The notes under the pieces were generated by a model, which saw only the letters and a list, made by a program, of their open reading frames with translations, was not told the origin of the DNA and searched no databases. Made by a program: the position numbers and the translations under genes. Below, in pieces: positions 53,789-64,000 of a stretch of 64,000 bases of DNA. Source of the stretch: Candidatus Levyibacteriota bacterium (GTDB lineage: Bacteria; Patescibacteriota; Microgenomatia; Levybacterales; UBA12049); assembly GCA_016214555.1 (NCBI GenBank), contig JACROF010000012.1, forward strand, positions 70,066-134,065. The letters are read 5' to 3'. Position 1 is the first letter of the stretch. The number at the start of each line of letters is the position of its first letter.

Positions 53789-55055
53789 AGTAAAGAATGG
53801 GAAAGTTTTTTGTAGATTCGATCGCTTCTTTAAGCGCGTGCGGTGTGGTTGCATATAGTGTATAGATTATATCTCCTTTGTGAATTTTTTCACCAATTTT
53901 TTTATCAAGATATATTCCTGCTTTTTTTATAGTTGGTGCACCGAGTATTTTTGCAATTATTGTAGCATTTTTGCTATTAATTTTCTTAACTGTTCCGTTT
54001 GATTTTGCAATAATGTGGTGAGAATGTTTTCCCGGCAATAGTTTTTTGCTGTTTATCGTCCCATCTCCTCCTTGCGCTTTAATAATTTGTTTCATTTTAT
54101 CAAGAGCAGATCCTGAGGATAAAATTGACCTAGCCCATTCATGTCCACCCCCATGATCATTTTTTATTTTTTCTTGAAGTGATTTAGGAGAATCTTCAAG
54201 ACAAAGATTGAGAAGTGATCCCGCTAAATTTAATGCTCTTTCTTCAAGATCAAAAGGTCTATTTGGTTGTTGTTCAAGAACAAGAAGTGATTCTCGACAC
54301 TCAAGGAGTGGTCCAATTCCTCTACCAGATGGTTCGTCAGTTTTATGCATTAAAACTCTAAGTTTAATACCAAATTTTTTTGCAAGATTTTCGAATTTTT
54401 CTTTCAGAATCTCTGCATCTTTTATTCTATGAACTTTCACCATTTCTCCATAAGGAAGGTCAATAACAACATGATTTGATCCGAATGCGATTTTTTTTGC
54501 CATGATCGAGACCAATATTTTATCATAGCTCTCAAAAAGAAGAGGCTCTTCTACTTTGATGATAACGTCATCTGCTGGTGCAATATTAAAACTTCCTCCC
54601 CACACAATACAACCTTTTGTTTTTTTGATAATTTTATAAATTTGTTCCTTAGTAAAATCTACGTTAGCTAACACCTCCATATCATCCGCAGTTCCTCCTG
54701 GTGTAGTAATTGCCCTACTAGAGCTTTTTGGAATTTTAAAACCCGCTGCAGCTACTATTGGCACAACGATCATTGTCGTTCTTGTTCCAGGAACGCCTCC
54801 TATAGAGTGCTTGTCAGCGACTATCCCTGAAAAATGAAGCTTCTCACCCGTCTCGACCATTGCTTTGGTGAGGAAGTAGATTTCCTGTTCAGAAAATCCT
54901 TTTGAATAACCAGATGCAGCAAAATACGTTGTGAGAACATCTCCTAATTTTTCATGAGCAATCTCATCCATGATTGCATAAATTTCTTGATAGTTAAGCT
55001 TCTTTCCGACAAGTTTTTTTTGAATTGCTTGAAGAGCTAATGAGTCATTGTTCAT
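53781..55055 (-). CDS. thymidine/pyrimidine-nucleoside phosphorylase family protein (glycosyltransferase family 3; AMP phosphorylase possible)
   Basis: 424 aa. HSIGGVPG...TTPGGTADDMEVL parallels the TP/PyNP phosphate- and nucleoside-binding regions (KHSTGGVGD...TGGTLDKLE). Confidence 0.8.
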   Translation of the reverse strand: MNNDSLALQAIQKKLVGKKLNYQEIYAIMDEIAHEKLGDVLTTYFAASGYSKGFSEQEIYFLTKAMVETGEKLHFSGIVADKHSIGGVPGTRTTMIVVPIVAAAGFKIPKSSSRAITTPGGTADDMEVLANVDFTKEQIYKIIKKTKGCIVWGGSFNIAPADDVIIKVEEPLLFESYDKILVSIMAKKIAFGSNHVVIDLPYGEMVKVHRIKDAEILKEKFENLAKKFGIKLRVLMHKTDEPSGRGIGPLLECRESLLVLEQQPNRPFDLEERALNLAGSLLNLCLEDSPKSLQEKIKNDHGGGHEWARSILSSGSALDKMKQIIKAQGGDGTINSKKLLPGKHSHHIIAKSNGTVKKINSKNATIIAKILGAPTIKKAGIYLDKKIGEKIHKGDIIYTLYATTPHALKEAIESTKNFPILYYV

Positions 55056-55190
55056 ACGTCAGATCCCTTAATTTGGTTAATAGCCATTTTGATAAGATTT
55101 TTGATAAAAAGTAATAAGAAATAAAAAGTGTTGTTAATTATTCGATAAACCGTTGGCCATATAGACTTAAGATAGGTGGTGAGTTGCTCT

Positions 55191-55925
55191 TTATTCATCG
55201 TTTGGGTGAATTATTTTTGACTTAATAATGAGTCTTTTCCATGTCGTTCCTGGAGGAGTACACGTAACAAGAGTTAAATAATTATTATCATACTGTTGGT
55301 CAAAAAAAGAAGTATCAGTAGGAGTTGTGATTGTAAGATTGTAAATCTTATAATGATAGTCCATATTGTTTACTTTTATGATAATTTCGTCTCCAATCTC
55401 CAACGCATGAGCGTTGGCAAATATTGTTTTGTAATCTCCTTCTTTATAGAATTGAGGTAGAGTTGAGTGACCAAATATTACAGCAGTGCCTTTACTTGGA
55501 GGAACGGCGGTGCCCCCATACTGAACTAAGTGTGTTGATAGGTCATTATCAATGGTAGATACCATTGCGTTAACGATGTGAATTTTTGGAATTGAAATCG
55601 CATAACTGGTAACAGCTGCATCGGTATGTGATGTTTTAATAGAGGGGTACCAGTTTTGTGCGTTTGTGTAATCAATTCCTTTTATAGAATCTGTAGTAGC
55701 TTGAAGCAGAGATTGAAATGATGAGTCGGTTAAGATTGTGTATTTTGGAACAGGCGCTGCTATTTTTTGTGATGCAAAAACAGGCTGGAGATAAATTTGA
55801 AAAAGAATGAGAGGAATAGAAAAATAAATTGCAAATGCTAATCCGACTATACACAAAGTAAGCCCTACAAATCGTAGTAGTTTTCGCAGTAAAAGGGGAT
55901 TTTTTTTCCTATAAATTTTAGTCAT
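55191..55925 (-). CDS. sortase-family transpeptidase
   Basis: 244 aa. N-terminal TM anchor. Conserved His (AVIFGHSTLP), the LTLVTCTP active-site motif (TLxTC), and a downstream Arg. Confidence 0.7.
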   Translation of the reverse strand: MTKIYRKKNPLLLRKLLRFVGLTLCIVGLAFAIYFSIPLILFQIYLQPVFASQKIAAPVPKYTILTDSSFQSLLQATTDSIKGIDYTNAQNWYPSIKTSHTDAAVTSYAISIPKIHIVNAMVSTIDNDLSTHLVQYGGTAVPPSKGTAVIFGHSTLPQFYKEGDYKTIFANAHALEIGDEIIIKVNNMDYHYKIYNLTITTPTDTSFFDQQYDNNYLTLVTCTPPGTTWKRLIIKSKIIHPNDE

Positions 55926-58227
55926 TCGCTTGAGGAGTTATTGTAATATTTTGAGATATTCTCGGAAGAAGTTTTGGTAAGAGAGGTATATTGGGTGATA
56001 GGATAATTTCAGCAGATTCAACCTGAGGAATATCAGATAGATAATTTTCAGCGTTGCTAAATGATTTACCGGCAAGATCTTTTTGAATAGTATTTATATC
56101 AATTTTTGGAAGTAGGCCTGCTTTAATAATTAGTTTTCCTTCGACTTCAGTTGATGAAGTTTTTTTAATGTTTTCCAGTGATGCAGAAATGCCTTTTTCA
56201 GAAATGGCAAGATCTTCTGAGTATCTTCCTTTCAAGGTTGATTCTGCAAGCTTATTTAGGTCATCTTTTGAATACGAGAGAGAGGTGAAAGTAACTGTTC
56301 CTTTGAGGGTAACTTTTTTTGCTTCATCATCTACGTCGTGATCGTATGACTTTTTAGAAATGGTTGTTGCAGTAAAGAAAGGAAGTAGGTCATGATCGTT
56401 TGAAAGTTTTTTTGTGATAGTTTCTGTCGCTTTTTCTTGAAGGGATTTTATAAGATTGGCATCAAGTGAATCAAGATCTTTTTTTGCAACAACGGTGATT
56501 TCTTTTTTAGTACCTCCCGAAAAGGCTGAGTCATTCTTTGCCGCAAGCGTACTTGAAAGTGCGAGTGTGAATTTTGTTCCTGATGGAAGATTAGATGATG
56601 TACCTATCTCTTTTGCCGTAACATTTACTTGAACTGTTCCTGGTTTTGTACCAGAAAATACGTCGCCTGACTGAGATGCAATTGATACTTCTTTATCTGT
56701 TGTGTAAGTAAGATTATTTGATGAAGTAATAACGGTTCCAGCTGGTACCGTTTTTTTATTATCTGAATTGTTGTAAAGCGTTACTGTACCTTTTGCCTTT
56801 TCTCCTACATCTTTCTTTCCTGTTGCATCAGTAGAAACTGATCCATCAAGAGAAGTTTGAACTTCTTCTGCAGAAAGTATTTTTTGTGAGAGATCATTAG
56901 TAGAATCAGTTTGTAATGTTACTTCAGTTGATTCATCAATTCCTCTTGTTTTCATATGGAGAATAACAGTGGCCTTTAATGAGAAGATATAAAGAAGAAT
57001 TACTCCAATAAGTATGATCAGAGCTATTGGGATAAATATCATTTTTTTTCTAAACTGTAGAGAAGGATTTCTAAAAAAAGAAATTTTTTGGATTTTTTCT
57101 AAAAGACTGAATAAAAATAGCATTTTGCTAGTTGAGGGAGTATGGGAAGATGATAGTGATTTCGCTTCATGAGTTTTGCCATGGGGTAAAAAATTGTCCC
57201 CTATAAGAGGCGTATTCTCCGATGGAGTGTTAATATTTCTTTCTACAGTTTGAGGCCTGACTTGTGATATGTCTTGTCCTACAACAAATCCAAAATCATT
57301 GTCCTCATTTTTTATTACGGAAGTTGATGTATCGTCGATATCTTTTTCTCTATCATCCTTAGGATTTTTATCTTCTTCTATGTTTTCTTTCTCTTCTGAT
57401 CTCTTTAGTTTTTTTGATGATGTTTCTTCTTCTCCCTCAAGGGTAATTGGTTTAATATCATTGAACGCATCTAATACTGAGTAATTCATTTGCTCTGCAG
57501 TTCCGTAGACCATTGACTTTGCGTCAAATCCTTCGGGAAGAACGGATATTTGTGGCACATGCAAAAAAGGGATGCTTTTACTCCAATGGTGTGCTATAAA
57601 ATCCTGTGCTAATTCCTCTGCACTTCCGCCATTAAAAACAATAATTCTTGATGGAAGTACATCAGTTGTAAAATGATGGAGAAGTTTGTCTACTGTCAAA
57701 GGTATTGAGTCCTCGATTCGAGAAGTGTGGATCTCAAGAATGTTTCCTGCACGAAAAAGAGTGAGTGTAGCTTGTTGTTTGCCTATTTCCGCTAAGATTG
57801 CAGACAGGGGAGCTCCCTCTTCTTTTGTGAGAAGGTGAGCAATTGCCTCGCTGGTGATCATAAATCCGATAGGTCGAAGCGATAGTGAGTCTGAAAGTTT
57901 TTTAAGGTTTGATAAATATTCTTTTTTAATCTTTTTTTCATCGACCCAACTTTCCTTAACTCCAAATACAGTTTTTTCGGTCTCAACATTTGGTGGTAGA
58001 TTTTCCTCAGCTTTACTGATGGTTTTATCAAGAGTTTCAAGAAGTTCTTCAAATGGTGTGTCCTCAAGATTTCTTGGAAAAGTAGTAGATGCTGTTCCGA
58101 TATATTTTAATTTTCCATCGACTTCTTCTAAGACAACAGCAACAGCTTTTTCATCTCTTAAGAGAAGAGAGAGGATATAATTTGATGTCTCCTTTTTTTG
58201 AAAGATTGAAGGAATTGGCAGCTTCAT
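55918..58227 (-). CDS. large bitopic membrane protein: N-terminal cytoplasmic domain (possibly actin-like FtsA/PilM fold), one TM, C-terminal Ser/Thr-rich extracytoplasmic domain
   Basis: 769 aa. Single TM (IFIPIALIILIGVILLYIF) near residue 400. The N-terminal 270 aa is globular. The C-terminal 350 aa is S/T/K-rich and repetitive. No LPXTG motif. Overlaps the sortase gene start by 8 nt. Confidence 0.6.
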   Translation of the reverse strand: MKLPIPSIFQKKETSNYILSLLLRDEKAVAVVLEEVDGKLKYIGTASTTFPRNLEDTPFEELLETLDKTISKAEENLPPNVETEKTVFGVKESWVDEKKIKKEYLSNLKKLSDSLSLRPIGFMITSEAIAHLLTKEEGAPLSAILAEIGKQQATLTLFRAGNILEIHTSRIEDSIPLTVDKLLHHFTTDVLPSRIIVFNGGSAEELAQDFIAHHWSKSIPFLHVPQISVLPEGFDAKSMVYGTAEQMNYSVLDAFNDIKPITLEGEEETSSKKLKRSEEKENIEEDKNPKDDREKDIDDTSTSVIKNEDNDFGFVVGQDISQVRPQTVERNINTPSENTPLIGDNFLPHGKTHEAKSLSSSHTPSTSKMLFLFSLLEKIQKISFFRNPSLQFRKKMIFIPIALIILIGVILLYIFSLKATVILHMKTRGIDESTEVTLQTDSTNDLSQKILSAEEVQTSLDGSVSTDATGKKDVGEKAKGTVTLYNNSDNKKTVPAGTVITSSNNLTYTTDKEVSIASQSGDVFSGTKPGTVQVNVTAKEIGTSSNLPSGTKFTLALSSTLAAKNDSAFSGGTKKEITVVAKKDLDSLDANLIKSLQEKATETITKKLSNDHDLLPFFTATTISKKSYDHDVDDEAKKVTLKGTVTFTSLSYSKDDLNKLAESTLKGRYSEDLAISEKGISASLENIKKTSSTEVEGKLIIKAGLLPKIDINTIQKDLAGKSFSNAENYLSDIPQVESAEIILSPNIPLLPKLLPRISQNITITPQAND

Positions 58228-58306
58228 AGTAATTTGTTTAGTAAATAATGCATAGTAATAGTTTATAGAAATACCTTAGCTTAAACTATTAGCCATTTAT
58301 CGTTAT

Positions 58307-60181
58307 CTATAAACCAACACTAGCGTAGAGTCTCTTTTGGCCTTTGCCAAGATTCTCCTGCTTTATTATCTTAAATGATTTGAGTTCACCTGTAAAATCG
58401 ACATGTGGACCTCCACAAAATTCTATGGAGTAAGGTTTGTCAGTGCTTCCCTTGACTGGTCCGATAAAGTAAATCTTGGATTTTTCACCATAGGTATCCA
58501 TAAATAGTCCGATGGCACCCATGTCATGCGCCTTTTGAGTGGGGATCATTTCAAAGTGAACCGGAAGATTTTCTTTAATTTTTTCATTGACCATATCCTC
58601 AACCTGGCTAATCTCCTCCTCAGTAAGACGATTATCGTGATTGAAATCGAAGCGCACCCGCTCTGTAGTGATGTTAGAGCCTGTCTGGTGTAGTTGTTTG
58701 CCAAAGATATCTCTGAGCGCCTGATGAAGAAGGTGAGTAGCTGTATGGCCCATGATGGTCTTTTCCGAGTGATCAGCAAGACCACCCTTAAACATGCCTG
58801 AAGATGCTGTTTTTGAAAGCTCTTTATGCTTGTCATATTCTTCCTTGAATTCTTTATAGCTTATTGATTTACCTTGTTGTTTTACTAACTCTTCTGTAAT
58901 TTCAAAAGGGAAACCGTATGTTTGGAATAAGTCGAATGCGATTTTTCCAGTAACTACCTCATTTTTTTCAAGCTCTCTTAGTCCATTTGTTAATGTCTTA
59001 GCAAACCTTTGTAGTTCATCTTCAAGTACAGAAAATACTCTCTTGCGATTTTCTTCATCGTTAAGTTTTTCATCAAGCTCTGCTTCTGTTCTTAAAATTG
59101 AATCAACTATTACAGGAAAATCAGCATCTGGAGTTACATTTCCTTTAAGTTGGTGCATTTTTACAGAAGCTCGCCTAAGGAGTCGACGAAGTATGTAGCC
59201 TTGCTCTTTGTTGGATGGAATTACGCCATCAACCATTAAGAAAGTAGCCGCTTTGAGGTGATCAGCAATAACACGCATATGGGTTTGTGCCTTGTGGTCT
59301 GTGTATGACTTACTAGTTGTTTCTTCAATTGTAGCAATGGTGTTATTGTAGAGATCAGTAGTAAAAATATCAGGGTCGTGATTTTTTGCAGCTGCAAGCC
59401 GTTCTAATCCTCCACCAAAATCAACATTTTTTTGAGGGAGTTCTTTAAATGATCCATCTTCTTGTTTTTGATACTGCATAAAGACAGAATTTCCTATCTC
59501 CAGGAATCGACCACAGTCACAATTGGGGTGGCAATGTTCGCCGTATGCCTCATCGTGAGGAGTTCCAAAGTCATAAAAAACTTCACTATCTGGACCTCCT
59601 GGTTCATTTGTAGGCATATTTTCAGGAATTCCGGATCTACTCCACCAATTCTTTTTAACACCATACGTAAAAATTCGACCTTCCTGTATGCCATTTGTTT
59701 CTGCATTTTCTACAACTGTTGCTTCAATACCTTTTTGGCTAAATAATTCTTTCCAGATTGTGATACTTTCTTCATCGTGGGGAACTGTTTCATCTCCTTC
59801 AAATACAGTCACATACAGTCTAGATGGATTAAGGCCTAGTCCTTTATCGTTGTTAGTTAGGAATTCAAAAAACCATGACAGTTGTTCTTTTTTAAAGTAG
59901 TCCCCAAGACTCCAGTTGCCAATCATGCGAAAAAATGTCGTGTGTCTATTATCACCAACTTCATCAATATCTTGTGATCTTAGACAATTCTGGATATTTA
60001 CTAGCTTATTGCCTGAAGGGTGGGCTTCGCCAAGGAGATAAGGGATTAAAGCCTGCATTCCAGAGCTTGTAAAAAGAGTGGTAGGATCATTTGCTAGAAC
60101 AAGAGGTGAGTTCGCAATTCTTTTATGTCCTTTTTCTTCAAAGAAAGATAGATATCGATCAAGAATTTGTTTCGCTTTCAT
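58307..60181 (-). CDS. alaS: alanyl-tRNA synthetase (catalytic + tRNA-recognition + editing domains; C-terminal C-Ala domain absent)
   Basis: 624 aa. Class II motifs in the N-terminal region, and the editing-domain HTATHLL motif with downstream Cys. Ends shortly after the editing domain. Confidence 0.9.
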   Translation of the reverse strand: MKAKQILDRYLSFFEEKGHKRIANSPLVLANDPTTLFTSSGMQALIPYLLGEAHPSGNKLVNIQNCLRSQDIDEVGDNRHTTFFRMIGNWSLGDYFKKEQLSWFFEFLTNNDKGLGLNPSRLYVTVFEGDETVPHDEESITIWKELFSQKGIEATVVENAETNGIQEGRIFTYGVKKNWWSRSGIPENMPTNEPGGPDSEVFYDFGTPHDEAYGEHCHPNCDCGRFLEIGNSVFMQYQKQEDGSFKELPQKNVDFGGGLERLAAAKNHDPDIFTTDLYNNTIATIEETTSKSYTDHKAQTHMRVIADHLKAATFLMVDGVIPSNKEQGYILRRLLRRASVKMHQLKGNVTPDADFPVIVDSILRTEAELDEKLNDEENRKRVFSVLEDELQRFAKTLTNGLRELEKNEVVTGKIAFDLFQTYGFPFEITEELVKQQGKSISYKEFKEEYDKHKELSKTASSGMFKGGLADHSEKTIMGHTATHLLHQALRDIFGKQLHQTGSNITTERVRFDFNHDNRLTEEEISQVEDMVNEKIKENLPVHFEMIPTQKAHDMGAIGLFMDTYGEKSKIYFIGPVKGSTDKPYSIEFCGGPHVDFTGELKSFKIIKQENLGKGQKRLYASVGL

Positions 60182-60241
60182 CGTGCCTATTATTATACAT
60201 TATCTTCTTGCGTCTTGGAATGTGATTAATTCCTGTGGGGC

Positions 60242-60270
60242 TTGACAGATCGCTAGTCCTATGATATAAC
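60242..60270 (+). promoter_or_regulatory. sigma70-type promoter upstream of rpoB (TTGACA -17- TATAAC)
   Basis: ttgaca at 60242-60247 and tataac at 60265-60270. ~90 nt leader before the rpoB ATG, with an AGGA RBS. Confidence 0.4.
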
Positions 60271-60359
60271 AAGACAAGTAAATCCCAAAGCAGATGCAGG
60301 GGTATCATACCCACTGCGTCTTTTTATCGTTTAAACTGCTGCCCTATAGGAAATTTAAG

Positions 60360-64000
<3,641 letters not shown>

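Noticed and set aside
60294-60359. Upstream extension of rpoB (MQGYHTHCVFLSFKLLPYRKFK) from an ATG at 60294.
   Set aside because: It has no similarity to RpoB N-termini and overlaps the predicted promoter (60242-60270). The ATG at 60360 is preceded by an AGGA RBS and gives the canonical N-terminus.

Overview
This is a low-GC (~35%), gene-dense bacterial chromosomal window read with the standard genetic code (long intact ORFs end in TAA/TAG/TGA, so UGA is not reassigned). It is mostly core housekeeping genes: an hrcA-grpE-dnaK-dnaJ heat-shock operon, nusA-infB, rpsO-pnp, RNase J, ftsK, rodZ, mltG, alaS, metG, lysS, greA, murB, tsaD, and rpoB with the start of rpoC. Several gene-content features are consistent with a reduced-genome Gram-positive-like lineage such as CPR/Patescibacteria, but this is inference only. 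These features are a class I LysRS, a very short IF-2, an AlaRS lacking the C-terminal domain, a sortase, a DnaJ without the zinc finger and a protease-less Lon. I found no CRISPR array, tRNA, transposase or integrase.

Unannotated features read directly from the sequence are an RNase P RNA on the minus strand at ~388-768 (overlapped by two spurious ORFs), a CIRCE operator on the hrcA promoter, and a promoter followed by an intrinsic-terminator hairpin in the greA leader.

The most unusual locus (28797-39877) sits between dnaKJ and nusA as a tight co-directional block. It encodes a small VirB2/TrbC-like secreted two-TM protein, then a 1322-aa protein with a polytopic VirB6/TrbL-like N-terminal domain and a long modular repeat-containing C-terminal region. 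Next come a soluble ClpC-like Hsp100 without M-domain or ClpP loop, a small membrane protein, a paralogous membrane-anchored Hsp100 whose first ATPase domain is catalytically dead, and a membrane-anchored vWA (MIDAS) protein. I flag this as a candidate undescribed envelope/secretion-type module.

A second accessory block (16171-21543, minus strand) encodes a UbiA prenyl-phosphate transferase, a GT4 MraY/WecA-like transferase, a GT-C ArnT/PMT-like transferase and a processive GT2 (QxxRW) synthase, suggesting a polyprenyl-phosphate-sugar glycan pathway.
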